A stretch of DNA of 63,754 nt, the filler included, from Bigelowiella natans CCMP2755 (Eukaryota; Protista; Cercozoa): assembly GCA_000320545.1 (NCBI GenBank). It is 4 parts of 4 records of this genome, joined end to end, with 100 filler letters (N's around TTAATTAATTAA, not from the genome) between each part and the next. Parts side by side here need not be neighbours in the genome. Positions count along the whole stretch, not along the records: positions 27,156 to 38,580 come from ADNK01000155.1; positions 38,681 to 57,202 come from ADNK01003311.1; 2 more parts are not named here. One strand, written 5' to 3'. The notes under the pieces are model-generated. The model saw only the letters and a program-made list of their open reading frames with translations. It was not told the DNA's origin and made no database searches. Made by a program: the position numbers and the translations under genes. Positions 27,329 through 44,751 of the stretch are shown here, piece by piece (position 1 is the first letter of the stretch; every line of letters starts with the position of its first letter).

Positions 27329-27617
27329 GCGGGGAAACGAAGTAAATTCTGGCGCTGGTTTATATCCTCAGGGACCTTAATCGATTTGAAACGATCGAGC
27401 CTTTTTACGTGGAACTCATGTCTAACCAAACCCCCTCCCTTATCTTCTTCCGCGTGTTGAGGCTGCTACGACTGGCAAGAGTCTTCAAGCTTGTGAAGGG
27501 TAATTTCTCCATGCAGCAGCATTTTATTGCTTTGCTGCTGCTGCTGGGCGTTGGATCATCCTCCCACCGAGAATGTAGTCGCCATTACAAATGCGTGAGT
27601 GGTGTTGTCGTTTGTCC

Positions 27618-27661
<44 letters not shown>

Positions 27662-28098
27662 CTACTGGTGCATTCCGCAGGGATGGGCGCAATGGAGATA
27701 TTAACGGAAGCAATCAGCTCCTCCCTCAATTCGATCGGATCCATAAGTAATAATAGAACAAGTAGTAGAGGAGGAGGAGGAGGAGAAGTAGTAGTAGTAG
27801 TAGTAGAAGTGTGGACATTGTGATGATGCATGCTGGTGGTGATGGTGGTGGTGGTGGTGATGGTATGACTTATGGAGCTGCGTAGAGTTGGCTTCAGATG
27901 AAGAGAAAGATGTTTACTACTGGGTGGGCTTATCGTTCTCCGGAGACGACGCCCTTCCAACAACTAACACTCGTTGTATTTGGCCACAACAACCCATCAG
28001 CCCTGTTGTTTGTCGTGTGGATCCTGGTGATCAGCTCGGTTATCTTCTACTTGGAGCGGGTAACTGAGGAGAGTAGCTGCAATTCGATGATAGCATGT

Positions 28099-28130
<32 letters not shown>

Positions 28131-28270
28131 GCATTGACAATTGTGCATGATTCCTTTCCTATTGTTGTAGGGTACCTACAACGAGCAGCTTGGCTACTAC
28201 GAGCGAGAGACGTTCAATGGGCGGATAGAACGCTCCCCTTTCTTATCTATACCCGGTAACACAACGTGTT

Positions 28271-28301
<31 letters not shown>

Positions 28302-28403
28302 GTGCGTGTGTATAGATCTGCTTATTGTTCATTATATACGTACACGTGCATGTATTCGTGCAGGCATAATGTTGATCGAATAGTGCATGATTTCTATGAT
28401 ATC

Positions 28404-28454
<51 letters not shown>

Positions 28455-29803
28455 CAGCTCATTTGCACCTCATCTCTCACGGTTTTGCTTTTGCTTTTGT
28501 CTGCGCTGCGAATCAATCTTTCCCCTCTTCCTCCAGAAACTTGCTGGTGGATGGTTGCAACCATCACAACCGTCGGATACGGAGATTTCTACCCGACGTC
28601 CACAGCTGGCAGGATCGTTGGTACGTAGTCCACTCACGAAAAAGAAGAAGTAGGAGGAGGAAGAGGAGGAAATTACCATCCCATATGACAGCAGGAGGAA
28701 AGCAGATTGCTATTCCTCACCCTTTGTTGATCTGAATATTAGTCAGTGGTGAAATATGCGCTCCTTTCTCTTCTCCTTCTTCCTCCTCTTCGTCTTCTTC
28801 TTCTTCTTCTTCTTCCCCTGCTCACTGTCGTTGCCGTATCAGGGAGTTTGGCAATGTTTATTTCGATCGTGTTCTTGGCCATTCCCATCTCCCTTGTCGC
28901 TGTGAACATCGAGGAGGCAACCAAGGAGTAGGGCCAGAATGATGACAACATCATTAGACATCTCACACACCCACAATCACACAATTTTATTGGTAGAAGT
29001 ACGGTTGACGGGAGAGGGGGTGGGGGGGGGGGGGGGTAAAAGGAGGAGGAGGCCGCAGCAACTTGTGTGTTATTTTCAATAGAAAAGCTTCTCCTCATGA
29101 TTTGACTGATAATAGCATACACAACGCAACCTAAGAATAAGTAGTAGCGGTAGTAGTGATAGTAGTAGTAGTAGTAGTAGTAGTAGGTGTAGCCATGGTT
29201 TCACGTTTTACCATCTTCCCCCCCCCCCTGTCTCTCCTAGGTATCTTCGTAGTTCCAGGGAGGTTGCCAGAGCGGACTCGGTGACTCACTTGATATGAGA
29301 AAGAGGAGAGATTATAATAATAATAATAACTTCTACTACCACTACCACCTCAACTGTCGCAACTACAACTACTACTACAACTACTACTATTACTACTACT
29401 ACTACTACTACTTCGGGCAGTGGGGCATATCATCATCATAGCACTCACATTTGCTCCGTGTGATTGATTGACGTGTGCTGCTCTTTTTGCCGCTGTTCTT
29501 TCTTTCTTTTATGCTGCTGCTGCAACATCAGGTGAATGACGTAGCTCTGGTGGGGTTCAATCCATCAGTGGTCTTCTACGACACGATCAGGATGGGGACG
29601 CACCGGATGGAGGAGGAATTAGAGGTGTCGTATTTATTTGCTACATTGCCGCACATAGATCAACAAAAACCATTCGGTACTGGTTTCTCATTGGCATCAT
29701 CACATACATATCTGAAAATCAGAGATGCTTCCACTTATCCCCCGCCCCCCTCCCTTGCACTTATTCACGAGACCTTGATTCCTTCTCTTCTGACGGTGAA
29801 TCA

Positions 29804-29838
<35 letters not shown>

Positions 29839-31382
29839 CTTAGTCAATCGATCTGTTGGTCAAGTACCACACCTTTCCGGAGACGAAGACTAATTCTGAG
29901 GTGCGGTGCTTTAGAAATGAATCAACGAATACGTGGTGTTGCATGAACAAATCCACCGCACCCATCACAATGAGAGACCACGAGGGCACACCGATTTTCC
30001 TCGTTAAACGATAAAGGCATACATGTACTACATCCTGTGCCTTTTTTTGGAGGAAAAAAACAAAAATGAGGCTTTTAATAAAAGGGGTAATTAAGAACTA
30101 CAACATCCAAGGCGGTGAGAATAATTTCGCGCGTGTATGTGTATGTGTGTGTGTGTGTGTGTGCTTACGCGTGTGTGTCAACAAATAGGCCTTGAGGCGA
30201 ATGATCCAAGCAAATCTGCTACTTATGCCTGCAGCCATTGGAGATGCAGTGGCACGGTAATGAATGCATCATATATATACACACACATAGATTTAGATAT
30301 ATTTGTAAGTGCTTGTGTGTGTGTGTGTGTGTGTGTGTGTGGAGAGATGTGGGTGTAGGCCAACATACCTTGTTTTCTTGATAAACAAATCCATGACCAT
30401 TCTTTTCTTCCTCTCTACAGAATGGACAGACTGGCAACCGATATCAGAAAAACGAAGGAAAGGTGCTTGAAAGCCTCTTCTTTTGTGTGATAATAATAAT
30501 GCTAGCAATGGAGAAGTAGGGTAGCACACAAAGATGACAGGATCGATTGCAGAATAGTAGCAGCAGCAGTAATAGTAGTAATCCTCATTTTTCCCTAAGT
30601 GTAGGAACATATGTTCACGTCTGTAGCATATGTGTCTTCGCAAGCTTATCTCATGCCAAGATGATGTTCTTCTCATATGTAGTAGCAGCAGTATCATCAT
30701 CAGCAGCAGGTATTCAATTCGCTCATTAATTGATTCTATTATGTGTATGCAGGGTTCTCCGTATGTCCAAGCAGCAACGATCGATCTTCAGTACAATTGC
30801 AAGCTCGAATGATGTGAGTACACGCACGCGCTCACATATACGTATTTGCGATTAGAAGATCTCTCTCCCTCTCTCTCTCTCTCTCTGTATGTGTGGACGA
30901 GACACACACAGAGAGAGAGCGAGAGAGGATACATTTGTTTGTGCACGAAAATAATATACTTGAAAACGTGTAAGCGGTAAAACATATCACACAAGAGATC
31001 TCTTCTCTGAGACTTTTCCTCAGCCGCATCACATCCTTTGCTTCTCCTCCCCTGAGATAAGAATATATACATATTTTTATACATACATATAATATTCTTA
31101 ATGCATCAGGATACCGGAATGCTTGAAGACGTCCTACTTCGGTCGCTTGTTTTGCGTTTGACGTTCCATTCATGGCGGAAGCATTCAAAGAAAAATCGCA
31201 ATGTGGGGAGACTCAAATCTTTTGACGGCCCGGTTGCATCTGTTCGATCCGAAATCAAATCGCTAAAAATGGGGCCAGACCTTGGGAACTTAGACCATCG
31301 AAGCGGAGTCTTGATAGAAATGGCCAAGGTCACACCGGCAGCAGACGACAGCAAAAACAGTCGCTCTCCTAAACACGTTTGA
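27329..31382 (+). CDS. Voltage-gated (Kv/Shaker-like 6TM) potassium channel, S3 to C-terminus; 5' part lies in the gap
   Basis: S3 LIDL..PFYVEL (one-base slip near the contig edge), S4 [19 protein letters not shown]5 [19 protein letters not shown], pore [28 protein letters not shown]6 [18 protein letters not shown]. Spliced C-terminal exons run to TGA at 31382. Confidence 0.9.
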
Positions 31383-31923
31383 CTGGCAAAAAAGCAAGTA
31401 CGTTTGGAAATCGCTACAACTTAAATAAACGCCATTAAGTTTGGTATCTTCAACTGCTCAGTTACGCCTGCTGCCTCTTTGATTAATCTAGTAACATATA
31501 ACACGCGTCGATCACGGCGATTGATAGGAGAAAATGTGGCATGTCATTGCGCGCTACCATCATGTAATTTTTTATTTACTCGCATTAACATAAATCTTAG
31601 CAATGTTGCTGATGATGTGCAAATACATCATGCCAGTTCTAGCAGTTGTGCGTGTGCGCATGCATGCTCACGTGTTTGCATGATGGCGTGGGCACATGTA
31701 CACACACGCACACTCACACACACACACGTAGAATACATTCTGATGGTACCCCATATAATCATATAATTGCTAGGCAGGCGGCGACGATATTAACACTGCC
31801 AGATGCTTACATGTGATTTCCATGTCGCTATGTTAACCAGTATATTATGCCACACGCGCTGCTACGTACGGCTGCGACATTGACGCCAAAGTGCTGGCAT
31901 GCATTTACCACCGCTCTACTATT

Positions 31924-33004
31924 TTACTGAATCCCACAAAATTTGCGGTCCTTGCTAGCATTTTTCTCAGTCTCGGTTGCCTCCGTGCTCGGGCGTGTAC
32001 GTCCTCTCAAATCGTCGATGAACTTCTTAAGTGGTGGGTGAATACGCGAGAGCGAACCTGTCAATGGACTTTCAAGGATACGCAACTCAAACGGGAGCTG
32101 GTGCAGAGACAAACGGTCGGCTTTGTTGTGCCAACTGAACAGAGCCTGGCCGGAATGAGGAGCAAAGTAATTGAGTTCAACGACCCACGCATCCTTGGGA
32201 TCGAATGATTTTGGTACAATCACATCAATGGCATAGTGTGGAATCGGCACCTTCGCAAGCGCCATCTTAACGCGGTCCCAGGCCCCACGTATACAATTTT
32301 CGATTTCCTTTCGCTTAGTCTTGAACTCCGGCACGTATGTTTCCTTGTAGTATTGGGTGGCAGCAGTGAGCTTACCATTGTACACAAAACATCGAAATTC
32401 TCGCTCAGGGTCGATATCCTCCCACTTTCGGAACACCAACTGCAAATCAAATGCCTTTTCGCCAAGATTCAGCTCGACACGCATGATGTCGTGATATATC
32501 CTTGTGCTGCTCGTAAACTGTCGCAGAACGTCATCAACGGTGTGGCAGCGCAGTGCAAACGAGCAAGCTCGCGTGTATATTCGAAGGTCCTCTGTTGCGA
32601 TTTCCATGACAGAATCCGTGTTGTTGGTGGCGAGGGGTGATGATGCCTCGATTTCTTGTCGAATGAAGTACTTGATCTTCTCAGAGTTGAGGGCTGCATC
32701 TTTAGCACTGCGGGTAGACAATCGCACAAACGCCCCTAGTTTAGCCGCATCCATGGCTTTCAGTCCGCCTTCTAGCTTCTGGATGACTCCCTCCAGCGTC
32801 TTGGCCTCCTCGGGTGAAATGCGTTCCCTAGACTGCCTAACAACTGCGGTGTAAGCTTCGCTGTCCCAGTTGATAGCGCCATAGGATTTCCCGCTCTTTT
32901 TCTTCTCGCTGTATATCAATGACAACAGCATGCGCTGCGTCTCGTAGAGCTTACACAGGAGCCTTGCCTCGGGATGGGAGAGTGGGGTGACCTGTATGTA
33001 CGCG

Positions 33005-33043
<39 letters not shown>

Positions 33044-33330
33044 ATTTTATCCATTCATGTCGGTTGGTCGACAGAGTCGAGCTAATTATCAAGATATAGT
33101 CACCTGAGTCTTGAAGGTGGCCTCTCCAAGGATCTGGGGTTGATTTAAGCAGACATTTGTTCGCAAGGTCAGTTCTACGGATGTTTGTTTGTGGTATTTT
33201 GTACCTTGTACCAGTGTTCGACACGCAAGGGATCCTTCGGATCATGCAGATTACATTTGATTTTTGGGTAGGGGAACTTCTCCTCATCTTCCGGGCTGCC
33301 GAATACTGCCCGGGTACCTGCCGAGGGGAG
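31924..33330 (-). CDS. Cdc123/D123-family (R2K-type) ATP-grasp protein with C-terminal CaaX; start codon probably further upstream (~33730)
   Basis: Motifs RVEHWYK/ILGEATFKT, FVRLSTRSAKDA, PEREFRCFVYNGKLTAATQY, YAIDV, VELNYF..SGQALFSW. Ends RKFCGIQ*. Confidence 0.85.
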
Positions 33331-33909
33331 CATCATCGTGCCCTTATTCTTCTGTCAGTCTCCTCTTCCTCCTCCCCTCTTTCACTTTGGTGCCCAGTAT
33401 TTGGTCGTCGTATCCTTGTGATCAATAATGTCCAACTACAGCTCATCACATAATCATAATGTGCTGTGAGTAATGGGCTGCATCATCATGACAGGACGAG
33501 AAGGAGGGAAGGGGGGGGGGATACGAGATAGATTACTTCTAACAATTACGGCAACAATTACAACAACTGCTCCAGCAAGCCCACATTCAGGCGACACGAT
33601 TCAAAAAAGCAATCGAATCCCCGATATATTTGGTATCCATTTCCCAATATCGGAGAAAATTTGGCCAACAGAAAGACCAGACCCTTTCTTTCGATCGGTA
33701 TGATCTCATTCAGTCTAACCTGGCTCATATTTTTGCCTGCCAGAAATAGCGATTGTCGACCAGAACCGCGCGGTGAGGAGTCAAGCAAACAAAGATGACG
33801 TCGACCCCTCGCCCCTGCCTTGCCGCACGGTAGTTGCCATACAAATCGCGTTCGGCGTTACTAATTTAAAACGTATTGTGATTGACGTGTGTGTTTTATC
33901 AGGGCCGCA

Positions 33910-37678
<3,769 letters not shown>

Positions 37679-38081
37679 TCGAGCAGTATCTATCTTCCTA
37701 TTGTGTTGGGAATGACGACGACCACCTGATGATGAGTCATCGTATTGTGATGAGAGGATCTAAATAATCATAAATGTCGGATAAGATACGGATAAGATTG
37801 AAAGTCGTAGTGAGATCGACGATTACTATCGTATCGCACCGTAGGAAATGCACCTACAGGCAGCGAGTTCATAATGAAACAGGGGCCAAGAAAGCAAAGT
37901 CTAGAAGTGTTTTTGCCAATGAAAGCGTTAGTAGAGGAAATTACGGAAAAAAAGAAAATTATACAATTAACACATTACTATACATGCGCATCGCAGCGGC
38001 ACACGCTAGCACGTTATGATTTAATGTTGGTGCAGTACGGCAGTAAGTAGGACTTATTATAGACATGTAATATCATATATA

Positions 38082-38119
<38 letters not shown>

Positions 38120-38580
38120 TATTACTGTGTCTATTATACTTACTAGCTTAGCTGCTTTTATTTGTAAGTCTATAAGCGTCTAGGTGTGCGCCGCCGACTA
38201 GCTTGCATGCCTATATGTGAACGGATTTAATGATGTATTCATTACATGTTTTCAATGGGTTTATAGGTTGCTATGTGTAATCCTAGAATGCTAGCAGCCC
38301 GTCAATCATGCTCTATAGCTAGCTAGTGCTGCATGCCAGGCCACTACATGTGCGTTCATTGCCAAATAACGAAGGCGATTTGCATGTGATCGCAGCCATC
38401 TGCCACCTCTAGACCTGCTAGCCTGTCCATAGCTGTGCTGTTCTTGTGCGGACCCATGCGGGTCCCTATGTTCTGCGTCCCATCTAGCCATCGCCAGATC
38501 TTCATTGCCCATCTCTAGATCTAGCTAGCTAGCTGTTCTAGATGCACATCTGTTGCGCGGTAAGGTGTTCACGAGGCCGA

Positions 38581-38680
38581 NNNNNNNNNNNNNNNNNNNN
38601 NNNNNNNNNNNNNNNNNNNNNNNNTTAATTAATTAANNNNNNNNNNNNNNNNNNNNNNNNNNNNNNNNNNNNNNNNNNNN
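38581..38680. other. Assembly gap with linker
   Basis: Same N/TTAATTAATTAA/N pattern. Confidence 0.98.
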
Positions 38681-38911
38681 ATCAGGGGAGAGAAGAGGAA
38701 TCGCGGTTACAAATCCATCGATCCATCTTGTTCGCAAGTCATCATCCCCACACGATCGCACGCTCTCGAATCTCGCGTGCTAGCGCGCGCACGCGGACGC
38801 GCATGACCGAGAGATAAGCGCGCACCACAACACACATACACACACACATACACACACACACACACACACATGCACACACACACACACACACACATATATA
38901 TGTATATATAA

Positions 38912-38963
<52 letters not shown>

Positions 38964-39054
38964 AAACTATACAAAATACTTTTGCGTGTGGATGTTTGTG
39001 CATTTCCAAACACTTCACAGTGATTATATGCACATGTTTGCGCAATCGTTGCCA

Positions 39055-39484
39055 GTATTCTGCTCTTGCTATCACCCTACAACACCATCTACACAGCTGA
39101 TGCGGCACAGCGAATATTGGTGCATTACTTCGTCTCCCCTCCCCCTTTTCATATCCAGCTGAACATTTGGAGTCACGCACTCGGCCTTTTGGCATTCGTG
39201 GTAGTAGTGTGTTTACAGATATAGTAAGACGAGTAGTTTCTAGGATTCTCGTCCTGTAACATGAGCACGCAACATCGATATTGTGAAAATAAGGCTTGTT
39301 CTTCCGTTGTACTGCTTACTATCGACGAATACTCAGACATTCTTCGGCGTCACATACGGATATACACTGTGGTATAATAATGGGAAGGATAGCGATATGA
39401 GGAGGGGGGGGCGGGGATGGGGGAAGGGACTAGCGATTCTCTAAAAAGTAAATGTGGGCTGCCGTGTTATATACCATACACAGA

Positions 39485-39530
<46 letters not shown>

Positions 39531-40787
39531 ATTATATAGGGCATCGACAGCGGCTGATGATGCTGGCAAGACACATAGAGGTGGGTGCTGCTGATAGTAG
39601 TGCTTATCTATCACCGTTTGCTCCGAATATTGTTGGTTTTCAAAGAGCCTAGCTACAGCGTTCTGATATGTACTCTGCTGATGGCCTCTCTTCACATCGC
39701 CAATTCTCATCGTGCGTGTGTTCTTTCAGGAAGCTATGTGGATGGGCTCATATTCGCCCCTTTCCTAACCGGAGCAAGTATGTATTGCATTTGGTGATGA
39801 TGATGATGCTTTAAGTGAGGAGGAGGAGGCAAATTCTTACGATTTTTGTGGCGTCTCTATTCACGGATAAGTTGTGATGTGCCCCTTCCGTCTCCCCCTC
39901 CCTCCTCTCCCCTTCGTCCGCAGCGTTTTGCCTATTAATGTCAACGTTGTACCATACTTTTGAGCCATGCGGCAAGAGGGTGTCGTTGGGATGGGCAAAG
40001 GTGTGAAGAATCACATCAACGAGTGATGATGATGATGACAGTGCTGCTGATGGTGATGGTGATGGTGATGGTGATGAACAGCTGTCAGCGTTGTTGTTGT
40101 TGATGATGATGATGATGTTGTTGTTATCATCCATTATTACTTCTATCAACCTCTTATTATTCGTCGTCTCTCGCCGGCAATGGACTCCAAACAAACCTTG
40201 ATCTATCGTTGTTGCTGGTTGTTGTGTTGTGTTGTGTTGTGTTGATGGAACAAGGCCGATTACGTCGGCATTACGATTCTCATCTGGGGATCGTACTTCC
40301 CCGTTGTGCATTATCTCTTCGTATGCCGATGGCTCTTGCAGGTTTCTTTTTCATTTAATGTAGACGTGGTAGCAGTACCGCGCTTTTGCGTTTTCGAATC
40401 CTTTTCCAAGGAAGTTTTGGGGAGGCGCCGTCTCCAAAATTATAGAACCCGACGAATAAGGCATGTCCTCAACGATGATGATGCGTATCGTTTCGGCCAC
40501 CCGCCTATTCCTTATGTGATGAACGTGCTGCAAAGTAGCAGTTTTCATTCGTAAGGCTCGTGCGTGGTAGAATTTATTCTCTACTACACTCATCATCACC
40601 ACCACCCATCGTCGTCAAACAACAACAAGACGATCATCATCGTCGTCATCACCATTATCGATTGTGATCATTAAAGGTGATATACCTGTCTGTGGTGACG
40701 CTTTTAAGCATAGGAGTCACAATCGTAAGGTAAGAGTGTAGTAGAAGTAGCCAAACTGCCTTCATATCATAACGAGTCTTACATTAT

Positions 40788-40860
<73 letters not shown>

Positions 40861-41166
40861 TGAGACTCCGCCCTCACCAATTCCTTAGTATATTTGATGT
40901 ATTTGCGGCCAAGAACGTTCACTGGTACCGTGCGTTGTTGTTTACTTCTTTGGTAATATTATATATATAATTACATATATATATATATATATATATATAT
41001 GTAGCTATGATGATGACGATGGTGGTGGTGGTGCTAAGTCGAGCAGTATTTAAAAATACCGAAATTTCATCAAATCGCTCCATGTATAATGAATCTGATC
41101 ATTTCGTCTCGCAGCATCTGATCAGTAAACATCAGGAATTCTGCTATTTTACATTTATCGATAAAA

Positions 41167-41204
<38 letters not shown>

Positions 41205-42027
41205 TGTTGGTGGCTGTCAGGGTCTTTCTGGTCTAGCACCCATCCTTCACTTTACAGCTACTCATCAATTTGAGGTGCTGCTGCTGCTGCTGGATGAAAT
41301 CGAGAATCTCCTCTCATTAATCTGAGAGCAAGAACACTTGATGAGCGGGGATTATGGCCTTAGATGATGAAGTTGTTGGCCTGTTGCGCGTTGTTAGCAT
41401 GCATATATGCATATACTACTACTGCGTGCTTGTCGTTCATTTTCAAGCAAAATCTGCTCTGTTGTTGCTGTAGGGAAACAAAGACAACGACAACAAGCTA
41501 TTTTACCTCATCGCAATGGGCGTGTTCTACTTGATTGGAGCAGGTCTAGGCTCGCGCTCGTTACTATTATTATCACCATTATGATTGTCATCATTATCAT
41601 TGTTATTATCACTGCCGTTGTCGTTTGTTGTGATTATTTTGTGATCAAAACGAAACTATAACAGTTAGAGAATGTAAGCAGCGTTTGCACTGCCAATCCG
41701 TGACCTTACAAAGGAATCTACGTCTCTCTTCCCTTCACGTTCTTCGGTCTTTACACCGCATTATAGTGATTATTATCGTTGTTGTTGTTGTTACAGCATT
41801 CTATGCCACGCGTATACCCGAGCGCTTCTTCCCAGGATCGTGTCTTACAGATATGGTGATGATGCTCTAACATCTGCATTCCCCAGCCTACTTGTCCAAC
41901 TGTTATCGCTTTTAAGGGTGTAAGTAGGCTTTTCGATTTTTATTTCATGTACACATTCCTAGCAGCATACTGCTAGCTGCGCGGGGCAATAACTAGAACG
42001 AGAGAGAGAAGGGGGGGAAGCGGGAGA

Positions 42028-42073
<46 letters not shown>

Positions 42074-42314
42074 GACTGCTATCATTTTACTCCCTATTCA
42101 AACACCCATCGTTCTATCACTGTCTTTGGGGATTGATCTACACCCCACCCGGATATGATCCTAGAAGAGAGCAGCCATTCTTATGCTGATATTCTGCGAG
42201 AATGCAGCTCAGAAAGCCCATCACTACGAGATTTTACCTGCTTCTTGTTGGTTAACGTATATTTGTGACTACAGGTGCACAGCCACTTCATATTCCACAT
42301 GCTGATCAACGCAG

Positions 42315-42350
<36 letters not shown>

Positions 42351-42371
42351 CCTGCAAGACTTCACTGATAT

Positions 42372-42416
<45 letters not shown>

Positions 42417-42790
42417 GATGACAAATACCCTCCAGTAAAGCGTGTAATTCAAATCTACGGCCACGATGATCCTGCTATCGCTGCAGTGTGCAAATTGTGG
42501 GGGAAGGGGGGAGGGGGGGGGGGGGGGCTGGGCACATCACATTAATAATAGAGCCAAGGGTCTTCAAAATCAATCTGCTTTTCATCAAGGATTTATCTAA
42601 TCATATCAATCGCGCCCGCCCGGATATATTATTGCATGCTGACGTGAGTTTTGTCTTTTTCTTCTTCTTCTTCTTCTTCTTCTTCTTCTTCTTCTTCTTT
42701 TGGGTATCGCCCTTGTTGTTGTTGTTGTCAGGGGCGGTGTGCCATTGGATGGGGTCTGTGTATGACTTTCGCCACGAGGAGGGGTGCTAG
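39055..42790 (+). CDS. PAQR / adiponectin-receptor (hemolysin-III) family membrane protein; 5' end uncertain, near a gap
   Basis: Exons LNIWSHALGLLAFV, FCLLMSTLYHTF, ADYVGITILIWGSYFPVVHYLF, FYATRIPERFFPG, VHSHFIFHMLINA, GAVCHWMGSVYDFRHEEGC* match the canonical PAQR motifs (NIWSH, SxxxH, DYxGI, PERxxPG, HxxxH). Confidence 0.9.
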
Positions 42791-42856
42791 CGAACGCTAA
42801 CTTGCAGCATTTCTTCGCATAATATAGAGTGCTGCATAGGTAGCAGCAAGGACCGC

Positions 42857-42893
<37 letters not shown>

Positions 42894-43814
42894 GGTGTGT
42901 ATAGGAAGTCTATCGTGCTCGGGTGGGGTTATTTAGATCATCATGCATTGTTTTCGTTCGCATTGTTGCGTCGCTATTTACAGATTTGGTATAGTCTCAT
43001 CGGTGAGTGCGCATGTCTATAGGTGGCATAGAGTACGTTGCCACGCGTCGATGTAGTTGTTTTGATGCACATGTAGTTATCCTGGTTATTCTCGCTACTA
43101 TACACATTTTGTTCTCACGTACGCTACGTGTGATGCATGTAAGTTGTTAAGCGTATAATAAGCTAGCAAGCGCAGGCACGTTGTAATTCCTATCTTACAC
43201 ACACGATGAGGATAAAGCGCTATTGCTAGCTAGCTAGATACGGCTTCGTGCAGTATACGCTGTAATCTAGTAATGGCAGCTGGCTAGCTGGGTCATCTCA
43301 ATGCAATCATGCGAGCTATCACCAGTCTAGAAGTTCAGCAAGGCAGTATATAATTCATATATATCGGTTCAATCGTATCGTACAATGTGCTAGATGTGCC
43401 ATACTAGCATAGCTAGCATAGCTAGATAGCGCACTAGAGTAAATGTTGCGATAAATGGCATGGATTGCCCGGAAATGTGGCCTTGCGCATCTTTACCCAG
43501 CCGTTTGTAGAGGTAAAATTAAATATTTACATGCACGTATGTATACTCATGATATCTTCTAGATATGTGCAACATGCATGTTGGCATGTGCGCATGCGCA
43601 TTAGTGGATGGCATGTGCATCGCAGCGCTTTAGCAGGCCTAACATGCATGCTAGCATGCATTGCTAGATTTGCAGCCGCACAGCCTGTACCAGATATATA
43701 CCTATAGTCATGTCTAGAGTACATGCACACACGTCATTGTCAGCGCATTTGCATCGTCGTGCATGCTAGCATGCGCACATCGCACTGGACTACGCGGCTT
43801 GCTTGAAGCTATGA

Positions 43815-43860
<46 letters not shown>

Positions 43861-44683
43861 GTACATATATGTAAGTTATAGTAGTTTCATAGCTACATTA
43901 GGATGACCATTGAAAAGATTTAATCACTTCATTACATCACAAGTCTCATAGTTCGCATCGCATCCTTCGCAGTCACACATCTGCTAGACGTACTAGACGT
44001 ACGTGCATGTAGATGCCATCAACAACCTTCAACGAGTAGAAATTGGATGTGAATAACTAAATTGGACTTCAATATGGAGTGAGGGGGAGACGCAATACAG
44101 ACGTTTCCCTCCCCCCCCGGAAACATGAGAATTGTGACTACATGAATAATAGAAAGAACTTTTCGCGTTACTAAATGATACTCAGTGGGAAGATAAAGTA
44201 CTTAAAACATGCGCCAATTGTGAGAAGAAGAAGAAGGGACAAAAAATCTGTTGTCGGCCTTAGCTTCATTCCTCCGCGCTTCTCAAATGTACAGAGAAGA
44301 GATAAAATTACATTAAATACAAAATTTTTTGAACTCGTATAGAATACAACCAATGCGGGAGGGGGGAAATGATAATTGGTCGCTATAATGGAGAATAGGA
44401 GGTGAGAGTAGTAGCAATACAAGTAGAGGAGGATGCTGCCTAAACAATGAAGCAGCAAGCCAGTCTACTACTCATATGCGGACTCGACTCGCCAAACCTC
44501 TTAAATGCCCGTCGGCCTCCTTAACCGATGTGATGTTAAAATAATGCGGAAGAAGGAGGGCAGCGAGGGGGGGGGCGAGTGTCAAATGCTCCTTATATTT
44601 ATTTTTGCTCTATGTCTGCAGACAATAATGTAGGACTTCATCATAACATCAGAATTTGTAATCTGCAACTGTAAGATATAAAC

Positions 44684-44725
<42 letters not shown>

Positions 44726-44751
44726 ACGCGCGAGCCGGAACTTCGAGCACA

